Source: Christensenellaceae bacterium
GTDB taxonomy: Bacteria > Bacillota > Clostridia > Christensenellales > Christensenellaceae
Reading direction: 5' to 3'
NCBI GenBank assembly: GCA_048355355.1
Contig: DBGCIZ010000160.1
Span: forward strand, 1-38,217
Length of the DNA: 38,217 nucleotides
Positions 31,313-38,217 of this stretch are shown here, one piece after another. The notes beneath the pieces are model-generated. The model had not been told where the DNA came from. It did no database searches and saw only the letters and a list, made by a program, of their open reading frames with translations. Within the stretch, counting starts at the first letter, position 1; each line of letters begins with the position of its first letter. The position numbers and the translations under genes are program-made.

Positions 31313-32695
31313 TCAGCCGTCCTCCTGCGCCGCCTCCACCAGGCCCTGGTATGCCCAGGTTTTGCCCAAATCAGAGGAGGTGAACTTGCCGCGAACGGGG
31401 CTTTTTGCAGGATAGTCGCTATCTGCGCCCTCGTCTACATAGAGGACCAGCTGGCCATCCTCCCAGCAGGGCGCCTGAAACTGGGTCAGATAGGGAACCA
31501 GCTCCTGCTCCATAGCCAGAGGAATGGGGGCCCAGGTTGCGCCGCCGTCCTCCGTCCGGTAAAGGGCAGTCTCCGCACCTTCTACATAGTGGTATGTGAT
31601 AAAGCCAATATCCGGCTGGACGAAGCTGGTGCCGCAGAGCAGGGTTGTGCGGGGGCCGCTCCCCACCTGCTCCCAGGTTGCGCCGCCATCGTGGGTGGCG
31701 AAGATGGTTTGGGCCTCGCTGGACATGGTCTTGTCAGACCCGACGACGGCATAGCCGTCAGAAACGGTGGGGAAAGAGCAGTAGCGCACGCGGACGAAGC
31801 TGCTGTAGCCATTGGTAAACAGCTGGCTGACCACGCTGGTAGACCAGGTTTTGCCCATATCCTCGGAATAGACGCAGCGGAGGTCGTTGTCTCCGCCGCC
31901 ATAGAGAATGGCCGTTTTTTCCGGCGTGATGACATAGCTGCCCTCTTGAAGCTGGTTGGTGGTCAAATGGCCGCCGTCGGCATAGTAGTTGACCTGGCTG
32001 AGATTGAGAGGCACCTGGGCCCAGGTTGCGCCGGCGTCGTAGGAGACGAATAGAGAGCCATCCTGGATTTTATAGGTGTACTGGCCAGCTGACGGCGGTT
32101 GCTCCTCCCGATATTGGGCGTATTCCTCGTCCCGCTCTGCCTGACCGCTGGCATGATAGCGCTCCATGTCGTAAGCGCTGCGGGTGGTGATGTCCTGGGC
32201 GGTCAGAGTGCGGGCAGATTCGTCGTAGGCCAGCCAAACCACCCATTGGACGAGAATACCGTCCTCTTGAGGCAGGGTCATGACAGAGCGAAAGGGAAGG
32301 CTATCGTCATGGCGCTGGACGGTAAAGGTCAGGTCAACGCGCTGCAGCGATTCCATAGGCGCGTTTTTCATCCCAGAGGAAGAGGCCAGGGATTCCTGCG
32401 GATAGTCGAGAAATTCTGCGGATTGGATGGTATAGCCGTCAATCCTGTCCTGCGGCGCCAGGGCGAACTGCTGAAACTGGGCCAGATATCCCTCCAGCCA
32501 GAGGATGGCCCCTTCCTCCGCTGTTTCAGGCGATGCGGCATCCTCCTCCAGTTGGAGGGAATAGCCGGCGGGCTCCCGCTCCAGCGAGATGGCTGACTGG
32601 CGGATAAAGTAGTAGGCAAGAAACAGCAAGACTGCCCCAAGAAGGCACAGGCCTGCTATCAATAGGGCGGTTTTCTTCCTTTTAGAAGTGTTCAT
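31313..32695 (-). CDS. Membrane-anchored BNR/Asp-box repeat protein
   Basis: Trimmed to ATG 32695 (MNTSKRKKTALLIAGLCLL...). Length is 460 aa. It has one N-terminal TM helix and five SxDxGxTW Asp-boxes: YDAGATW, EDMGKTW, HDGGATW, EDGGATW and SDLGKTW. Confidence 0.75.
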   Translation of the reverse strand: MNTSKRKKTALLIAGLCLLGAVLLFLAYYFIRQSAISLEREPAGYSLQLEEDAASPETAEEGAILWLEGYLAQFQQFALAPQDRIDGYTIQSAEFLDYPQESLASSSGMKNAPMESLQRVDLTFTVQRHDDSLPFRSVMTLPQEDGILVQWVVWLAYDESARTLTAQDITTRSAYDMERYHASGQAERDEEYAQYREEQPPSAGQYTYKIQDGSLFVSYDAGATWAQVPLNLSQVNYYADGGHLTTNQLQEGSYVITPEKTAILYGGGDNDLRCVYSEDMGKTWSTSVVSQLFTNGYSSFVRVRYCSFPTVSDGYAVVGSDKTMSSEAQTIFATHDGGATWEQVGSGPRTTLLCGTSFVQPDIGFITYHYVEGAETALYRTEDGGATWAPIPLAMEQELVPYLTQFQAPCWEDGQLVLYVDEGADSDYPAKSPVRGKFTSSDLGKTWAYQGLVEAAQEDG

Positions 32696-32775
32696 CGGTC
32701 TCTCCCCCATCATAGTGATGCATTTATTATACACGCAGGGGAACGAGAAAAGTGTTATTAGATTGTAAAATCTGG

Positions 32776-32804
32776 TTGCGCAGAGGTGCGCGCTGTGCTA
32801 TGAT
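32776..32804 (+). promoter_or_regulatory. SigmaA-type promoter for the ABC-F leader
   Basis: TTGCGC (32776-32781), 17 nt, TGc-TATGAT (32799-32804). The leader before ATG 33037 is about 225 nt long. Confidence 0.6.
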
Positions 32805-32835
32805 AGGAAAAAACAGAGAGGAGAGAATCAATCGA

Positions 32836-32856
32836 ATGCGCAATTTTTCTTGCTGA
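32836..32856 (+). CDS. Candidate 6-codon leader peptide (MRNFSC)
   Basis: ATG CGC AAT TTT TCT TGC TGA, preceded by GAGGAG (32818-32823) at a 12-nt spacing. It lies in the 5' leader of an ARE-type ABC-F gene. Confidence 0.35.
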   Translation: MRNFSC

Positions 32857-32947
32857 CAACAGAGGCATGGCTGGCTGCCAGAGTGTGGAGGGCTTGCTGT
32901 GCGTGAAAGCGGGAAGGTTGCAACATCATTGATTCATGGGAATACAT

Positions 32948-33019
32948 CTCTTTGCCGCGCCATAGGCGGGGCAGAGGGCCAGTAGAAGCTGCGGCCTTGC
33001 CCGTGGCTTTTGTTTTTGT
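32948..33019 (+). promoter_or_regulatory. Candidate transcription attenuator (mutually exclusive hairpins plus a U-rich tract)
   Basis: Hairpin A pairs 32948-32961 (CTCTTTGCCGCGCC) with 32965-32978 (GGCGGGGCAGAGGG). Hairpin B pairs 32968-32980 (GGGGCAGAGGGCC) with 32993-33002 (GGCCTTGCCC) and is followed by GTGGCTTTTGTTTTTGT. The two hairpins share 32968-32978. Confidence 0.45.
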
Positions 33020-33036
33020 CTGGAGGTGTGGAAACC

Positions 33037-34536
33037 ATGTCTATGATTAATGTGTCGGGCCTGACCTTTTGCTATGAAGGCGGCTACGACAATATTTTTG
33101 AAAATGTATCCTTTCAGATGGATACGGACTGGCGGCTGGGCCTGGTTGGGCGAAACGGGCGGGGAAAGACGACTCTGCTCCGGCTGCTCATGGGCTGGGA
33201 GGAATATCGGGGAACCATAGACGCCAGCGTGGATTTTACCTATTTCCCCTATCCGGTAGAGGAGGAAGACGCCTTGGCCTACGATATCGCAATGGCGGCC
33301 TGCGGCGATGCCCAGGATTGGCAGCTTATGCGGGAGCTGAATTTGCTGCGGCTGGATTTAGCGGCGCTGTATCGTCCCTTCTCTACGCTGAGCAATGGGG
33401 AGCGGACCAAGCTTTTGCTGGCGGCTCAGTTTCTGCGGGAGGATGGCTTTCCCCTCATCGACGAGCCGACCAACCATTTGGACGCCGATGCAAGGGAGGC
33501 GGTGGCCAGCTATCTGCAGGGGAAGCGGGGCTTCCTCCTGGTCTCCCACGACAGGGCCTTTCTGGACCGATGCGTGGACCATATTGTGGCCATCAATAAA
33601 TGCGGCATAGAAATCCAACGGGGGAACTTCTCCTCCTGGATGGAGAATAAGGAGGCCAGGGACCGGCTGGAGCAGGAGCAAAACAGCCGCCTGAAGGGAG
33701 AGGTTCGCCGGCTGCGGCAGGCTGCGCGGCAGACGGCGGACTGGTCCCGCCAGGTGGAGCAGACCAAAAAAGGGGCCCGAAACGGCGACAGCAAGCCGGA
33801 TAGGGGCTATATTGGCCATAAATCCGCCAAGATGATGAAGCGGGCCAAGGCCCTGGAGCATAGGCAGGCCCAGGCCATAGAGGAAAAATCCCGCCTGCTG
33901 AAAAACAGGGAGGAGGCGGAGAGCCTGAAGCTCTCCCCGCTGGCCTACCATAAGGCGCAGCTGGCGCGGCTCCTTGATGTTGCCGTTTTTTACGAGGGGA
34001 GGCCCGCCTGCGAGGAAGTCACCCTGGAAGTACGGGCGGGGGAGAGAATTTGGCTCAAGGGGCCAAACGGCGCGGGAAAATCCACCATGCTCAAGGTTTT
34101 GCTGGGGCAGCCGCTGGAGTATACGGGCACGCTGGAGAAGGGTTCGGGGCTGAAAATTTCCTATGTCGCCCAGGATACCTCATTTTTGCGGGGAAGCCTG
34201 CGGGATTTCGCTGCAGAGGCAGGGGTGGACGAAAGCCTGATGAAAGCAATTTTGAGGAAACTGGATTTTCAAAGGACCCAGCTGGCTCAGGATATGGCCG
34301 GCTTCAGCCAGGGCCAGAAGAAAAAGGTGCTGCTGGCGAAAAGCCTGGCGGAGCAAGCCCATCTGTACCTTTGGGATGAGCCTCTTAACTATATTGACGT
34401 ATTTTCCCGGATGCAGATAGAGGAGCTTCTTTTGGAATACAGCCCAACCATGGTATTCGTAGAGCACGACGAGGCCTTCGGCAGCAAAATCGCCACCAGG
34501 GAGGTGCGCCTCGCTCCACCTTGCAAAGGCAAATGA
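33037..34536 (+). CDS. ABC-F ATPase of the Lsa/Vga/Msr antibiotic-resistance (ARE) type
   Basis: Trimmed to ATG 33037 with SD GGAGGTG. Length is 499 aa and there is no TM domain. The two cassettes have Walker A GRNGRGKTT and GPNGAGKST, signatures LSNGERTK and FSQGQKKK, plus FPLIDEPTNHLD and YLWDEPLNYIDV. A basic inter-domain linker of about 90 aa separates them. The protein is colinear with Lsa(A) as I recall that sequence. Confidence 0.8.
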   Translation: MSMINVSGLTFCYEGGYDNIFENVSFQMDTDWRLGLVGRNGRGKTTLLRLLMGWEEYRGTIDASVDFTYFPYPVEEEDALAYDIAMAACGDAQDWQLMRELNLLRLDLAALYRPFSTLSNGERTKLLLAAQFLREDGFPLIDEPTNHLDADAREAVASYLQGKRGFLLVSHDRAFLDRCVDHIVAINKCGIEIQRGNFSSWMENKEARDRLEQEQNSRLKGEVRRLRQAARQTADWSRQVEQTKKGARNGDSKPDRGYIGHKSAKMMKRAKALEHRQAQAIEEKSRLLKNREEAESLKLSPLAYHKAQLARLLDVAVFYEGRPACEEVTLEVRAGERIWLKGPNGAGKSTMLKVLLGQPLEYTGTLEKGSGLKISYVAQDTSFLRGSLRDFAAEAGVDESLMKAILRKLDFQRTQLAQDMAGFSQGQKKKVLLAKSLAEQAHLYLWDEPLNYIDVFSRMQIEELLLEYSPTMVFVEHDEAFGSKIATREVRLAPPCKGK

Positions 34537-34549
34537 GGGGCAGTATAAT
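34521..34549 (+). promoter_or_regulatory. SigmaA-type promoter overlapping the ABC-F stop codon
   Basis: TTGCAA (34521-34526), 17 nt, TATAAT (34544-34549), 36 nt upstream of ATG 34586. Confidence 0.6.
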
Positions 34550-34585
34550 AAAAAGTAGAATTTTGCAGAAGAATGGGAGAACGCC

Positions 34586-37500
34586 ATGTATATTGCCGAT
34601 TTGCATATCCATTCCAAATATTCCAGGGCTACCAGCCGGGACTGCGACGCCCCGCATCTGGAGCTTTGGGCCAGATATAAGGGCATTGGCCTGGTGGGGA
34701 CAGGGGACTTTACTCACCCCGTCTGGCGGGAGGAGCTGCGGGAGCAGCTGCGCCGGGAGGAGGGCGGCCTTTACGTCCTGAAGGACGAATACCGCCTGCC
34801 GGAGGCGCTGGACGTAGAGCCGCCCCGCTTTGTCGTCACCGGGGAAATCAGCTCGATTTACAAGAAAAACGGCAGGACGAGAAAGGTGCATAACGTCATC
34901 ATCCTGCCAGATTTGGAGGCGGCCGACACCCTGGCCAGAAGGCTGGAGGCCATCGGCAACATCCATTCCGACGGAAGGCCGATTCTGGGGCTGGATAGCC
35001 GGGACCTGCTGGAAATTACGCTGGAGGCCTGCCCGGAGGCTCTGTTCATCCCGGCGCATATCTGGACGCCACATTTTTCCCTGTTTGGCGCTTTTTCCGG
35101 CTTTGATTCCATGGAGGAGTGCTTTGAGGACATGACGCCCCACATTAGCGGCCTGGAGACGGGCCTCTCCTCTGACCCGCCCATGAACTGGCGCGTCTCC
35201 TCCCTAGATGGTCTGACGCTGGTCTCCAATTCAGACGCCCACTCTCCCTCGAAGCTGGGACGGGAGGCAAACCTGATTGAGGCGGGAATGGAATATGCCC
35301 AGCTGTCCCGCGCGATTGTGACGGGAGAGGGCTTTGGCGGAACCATCGAGTTTTTCCCGGAGGAGGGGAAATACCATCTGGATGGACATAGAAACTGCCA
35401 TCAGCGCCTGGAGCCGGCGGAGACGGAGCGGCTGGGGGGCAGGTGCCCCGTCTGTGGCAAAAAAATCACCATTGGCGTGCTCCACCGGGTGGAGGAGCTG
35501 GCGGACCAGCCGGAGGGCTACCGGCCGCCCCAGGCAAAGCCCTTTGAAAGCCTGGTGCCGCTGCCGGAGATTATTGCCGCATCGACAGGCGTCTCCGCAG
35601 CCAGCAAAAAGACGCAGACGTGGTATTTCCAGCTGCTGCGGGAGCTGGGGCCGGAGTTTTATATTTTGCGGGAAGCGCCCCTCAACGATATTGAGATGGC
35701 GGCGGGGCCCTGTATTGCCGAGGGCGTCCGCAGACTGCGGGAGGGCAGAGTGGAGCGGATTGGCGGCTATGACGGGGAGTATGGAACCATCTCTCTCTTT
35801 GACCCGGAGGAGATGAAGGAGCTGAGCGGGCAGCTGGCCCTCTTCGATATGCATAGGGAAAAGCCCGCTCCCCGGAGGAAGGGGGCGCTTTCCAAGGAAA
35901 GGCAGATGACGGCAGAGGCAGCGGAAGAGCCTGTGGCCCCCGCCGCCAACCCAGAGCAGCAGCGCGCCGTGACATCCGATGCGCCAGTAATAGCGGCCAT
36001 CGCCGGCCCGGGCACAGGCAAGACCAGGACGCTGGTGGAGCGCATCGCCTATCTGGTAGAGGTCCGCGGGGTGAAGCCGGGGGAAATTACGGCGGTGACC
36101 TTTACCAACCAGGCGGCGGAGGAGATGCGGGCCAGGGTTAGCCAGCGGCTGGGCGGAAAGGGAAAAATCCGCGGCATGACCATCGGCACCTTCCATAAAA
36201 TCTGCCTGGGGCTGCTGGAGCCAAGGCCCATTTTGGGCAGAGACGAGGCAGAGGAGATCTTGAAACGGCTGGGGGCAAGGGGCTCTCTGAGAAAAACGCT
36301 CCAAGCTATTTCGGACGTGAAAAACGGCATAGAGGCAGGCTGGGAAGGCGTCAGCCGGGAGCTCTTTGCAGCATATCAAGCCTATCTGAGGAAGGCTGGT
36401 CTGCGGGATTTGGACGACATCCTGCTGGAAGGGCTTGCAGCAGACATGGGCAAAAAACGCATGTTTACCCACCTGCTGGTAGACGAATTTCAGGATATCA
36501 ACCAAATCCAGTATCAACTGACCTGCCGGTGGGCGGCGCAGGCGAAGAGCCTGTTCGTCATTGGCGACCCGGACCAGTCCATTTACGGGTTCCGGGGCGT
36601 AGATGCGGCCTGCTTTGAACGGCTGCTGGCAGACAGGCCGGATGCGGAAAAAATTGTGTTTCGGAGGAACTACCGCTCCACCCCCCAGATTGTAAGGAGC
36701 GCGACGGTAGTCATTGCCCACAATGGGGGTGAGGAACGGCTGCTGGAGGCGGCCGCGCCGGACGGGCAGCCGGTGCGCCTAGCAGAGACGGCAACCCCTT
36801 TCGCAGAGGGGGTGTTCATTGCGAAGGAAATTGGCAGAATGGCAGGTGGCATCGACATGCTGGCCGCCCATGGCCTGGGCGGAGAGCGGGAGGCCAGGCC
36901 CTTCTCAGACATGGCAGTGCTCTGCCGCACCCATCGGGAGCTGGAGCTGATTGAAGGATGCCTTCGCCACGATAGCATCCCCTGCGTGGTGACGGGGCGG
37001 GAAGACTATCTTCGAGATGACTTGGTGCGGGGGGCAGTGGGCTTCTTTCGGTTTTTTCAGGATAGGCGGGATGTGCCAGGCCTGGAGGCCTGCCTGAAAT
37101 ACACCTGGGGATGCCCGGAGGACGGCATTGCCCACGCAACAGAATTCGCCATAGCGCAGCAGGACTTTGATTTAGCGGCATGGCGGCAGGAATTCGGCGG
37201 TCTGGGCCATGTGGCCCAGCTGCTGGACGCGCTGGAGCGCGAGGAGGCCCGGGCCAAGGAGAAGCCTGCCAAGCGGGTGGAGCAGTGGGCCCAGGAGCAT
37301 GGCAAAAGCCAGGCTATGGAGCGGCTGGCCAGCGCGGCATCCTTTCACGCCACCATGGATAGCTTTTTAAGCACCCTGGCCCTGGGAGGGGAGGCCGATT
37401 TGCGGCGGGCCTCCGGCAAAAGCTATGCCTCTGGCGCAGTGCGGCTGATGACGCTCCACGGCGCAAAGGGGTTGGAGTTCCCCGTGGTGTTTTTGGCTGG

Positions 37501-37726
37501 GCTCAGCAAGGGCGCCTTGCCCCTGGAGAGGGAGAGCGAGCCGGCCGACGTGGCCGAGGAGCGGCGGCTTTTCTTCGTGGGCATGACCCGGGCGCGGGAG
37601 GAGCTGGTGCTGACCACCTACGCAGAGCCATCTCTCTTTTTAGAGGAGCTGCCGGCGGAAGTGCAGCGAGAAAAGGCGGGCCCTGCGGCCAGAGAGGCCA
37701 AGCCAGAGCAGCTGACGCTGTTTTAG
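34586..37726 (+). CDS. Fusion protein: endonuclease-Q-like PHP nuclease (N-terminal) plus UvrD/PcrA-type SF1 helicase (C-terminal)
   Basis: 1046 aa in one uninterrupted frame. The N-terminus has MYIADLHIHSKYS, GTGDFTHP, SNSDAHSP and the zinc knuckle HRNCHQ...CPVCGKK. The C-terminus has AGPGTGKT, TFTNQAAEEM, LLVDEFQDIN, VIGDPDQSIYGFRG, NYRSTPQIV, TLHGAKGLEFPVVFL and LFFVGMTRAREELVL. Confidence 0.8.
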   Translation: MYIADLHIHSKYSRATSRDCDAPHLELWARYKGIGLVGTGDFTHPVWREELREQLRREEGGLYVLKDEYRLPEALDVEPPRFVVTGEISSIYKKNGRTRKVHNVIILPDLEAADTLARRLEAIGNIHSDGRPILGLDSRDLLEITLEACPEALFIPAHIWTPHFSLFGAFSGFDSMEECFEDMTPHISGLETGLSSDPPMNWRVSSLDGLTLVSNSDAHSPSKLGREANLIEAGMEYAQLSRAIVTGEGFGGTIEFFPEEGKYHLDGHRNCHQRLEPAETERLGGRCPVCGKKITIGVLHRVEELADQPEGYRPPQAKPFESLVPLPEIIAASTGVSAASKKTQTWYFQLLRELGPEFYILREAPLNDIEMAAGPCIAEGVRRLREGRVERIGGYDGEYGTISLFDPEEMKELSGQLALFDMHREKPAPRRKGALSKERQMTAEAAEEPVAPAANPEQQRAVTSDAPVIAAIAGPGTGKTRTLVERIAYLVEVRGVKPGEITAVTFTNQAAEEMRARVSQRLGGKGKIRGMTIGTFHKICLGLLEPRPILGRDEAEEILKRLGARGSLRKTLQAISDVKNGIEAGWEGVSRELFAAYQAYLRKAGLRDLDDILLEGLAADMGKKRMFTHLLVDEFQDINQIQYQLTCRWAAQAKSLFVIGDPDQSIYGFRGVDAACFERLLADRPDAEKIVFRRNYRSTPQIVRSATVVIAHNGGEERLLEAAAPDGQPVRLAETATPFAEGVFIAKEIGRMAGGIDMLAAHGLGGEREARPFSDMAVLCRTHRELELIEGCLRHDSIPCVVTGREDYLRDDLVRGAVGFFRFFQDRRDVPGLEACLKYTWGCPEDGIAHATEFAIAQQDFDLAAWRQEFGGLGHVAQLLDALEREEARAKEKPAKRVEQWAQEHGKSQAMERLASAASFHATMDSFLSTLALGGEADLRRASGKSYASGAVRLMTLHGAKGLEFPVVFLAGLSKGALPLERESEPADVAEERRLFFVGMTRAREELVLTTYAEPSLFLEELPAEVQREKAGPAAREAKPEQLTLF

Positions 37727-37734
37727 CGGAACAG

Positions 37735-37770
37735 AAAAAACCACCAACCTGCAAGGGCTGGTGGTTTTAA
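37735..37770. terminator. Bidirectional terminator between convergent genes
   Basis: AAACCACCA (37738-37746) pairs with TGGTGGTTT (37759-37767), with extra inner pairs. An A-run lies upstream and a T-run downstream. Confidence 0.7.
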
Positions 37771-37787
37771 ATTGGCGTTAAGATAGC

Positions 37788-38217
37788 TTAGATGTTGATG
37801 CCGCAGGAGTGCTTCGGCGTGGCGTCAAAGCCGCGGTCCTTGTTGACGCTGTCGTAATACCGGTATCCGCCGGAGAAGTTGTAGCAATCGAAGCCCTTGC
37901 CGGAAAGGATGCGGCAGGCAATATAGCTCCGCAGGCCGCTCTGGCAGTTGACGTAGACGGGCTTGGAGGAATCCAGCTCATCCAGATGGTCCCGCAGCAC
38001 ATCCACGGGAATGTTGATTGTGCCGTCAAAATGCCCGTTGGCGTATTCCATAGGCGTGCGGACATCCAGCAGTGTCACGCTGCCGTCTCGGGGCAGCTGG
38101 TCTACCTGGTCCCAATGATACTGTTTTACCAGGCCGTTCAAAATATTCTCAATCATAAATCCGGCCATGTTCACCGGGTCCTTGGCAGAGGAATAGGGGG
38201 GCGCATAGGCCAAATCC
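37788..38217 (-). CDS. CoA-disulfide reductase/NADH-oxidase-family flavoprotein with a C-terminal rhodanese domain, 3' fragment (5' part outside window)
   Basis: The reading frame is open to the window edge (..DLAYAPPYSSAKDPVNMAGF..). The C-terminal rhodanese domain has the active-site loop CQSGLRS. The track's Met is a TTG artefact. Confidence 0.75.
   Translation of the reverse strand, partial: DLAYAPPYSSAKDPVNMAGFMIENILNGLVKQYHWDQVDQLPRDGSVTLLDVRTPMEYANGHFDGTINIPVDVLRDHLDELDSSKPVYVNCQSGLRSYIACRILSGKGFDCYNFSGGYRYYDSVNKDRGFDATPKHSCGINI

Noticed and set aside
32867-32932. A second possible leader ORF (MAGCQSVEGLLCVKAGRLQHH) in the ABC-F leader.
   Set aside because: Its only SD-like element (AGAGG) ends 1 nt before the ATG, which is too close for initiation. 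It is kept as an alternative in the attenuator finding but is not called as a feature.

Overview
38.2-kb chromosomal segment that looks like a GC-rich Firmicutes/Clostridia genome. This taxonomic call is inference from GGAGG-type Shine-Dalgarno sites, sigmaA-like -35/-10 boxes with 17-18 nt spacers, hairpin+U terminators and an mreBCD-PBP2 cluster. I support 32 protein-coding genes (2 truncated at the window edges), 2 tRNA genes, and many promoters, terminators and operator-like dyads read directly from the sequence. I saw no rRNA, CRISPR array, transposase, integrase or prophage genes.

Gene content, left to right:
- efp 3' end, tRNA-Ala(CGC) and tRNA-Val(CAC), and a YitT-family membrane protein.
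- A minus-strand sugar or polyol catabolic cluster built from tandem paralog pairs: 2 MDR dehydrogenases, an FGGY kinase and 2 DeoC-type aldolases. Transketolase is transcribed divergently from it.
- A repeat-rich Ala/Ser/Asp lipoprotein.
- An operon of a glutamate-5-kinase-like kinase, a small membrane protein and a divergent FucU-like protein.
- A TtcA-like PP-loop ATPase and L-fucose isomerase.
- mreB, then mreC-mreD-PBP2.
- A siroheme-type sulfite-reductase-like protein transcribed divergently from a LysR regulator, followed by an ACT protein and a poly-ferredoxin.
- A Tim44-like membrane protein followed by a YdjI-like SPFH protein carrying three zinc ribbons.
- A TIM-barrel sugar-phosphate isomerase/epimerase and an NAD(P)H-binding protein.
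- An XRE-cupin regulator followed by an acyl-CoA synthetase, and a MerR/GyrI-like regulator.
- A membrane-anchored BNR/Asp-box protein.
- An Lsa-type ABC-F (ARE) protein preceded by a leader that looks like an attenuator.
- A 1046-aa fusion of an endonuclease-Q-like PHP nuclease with a UvrD/PcrA-type helicase.
- The 3' end of a CoA-disulfide-reductase-like flavoprotein with a rhodanese domain.

Most worth a second look:
- The EndoQ-UvrD fusion.
- The ABC-F leader.
- The individually insulated, duplicated catabolic cluster, including its unusual His-rich MDR dehydrogenases and shared upstream motifs.
- The kinase/membrane/FucU-like operon, where the FucU-like protein has a substituted catalytic motif.
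- The Tim44-like/SPFH pair.

All functional calls come from motif recognition by eye. No database search was run.
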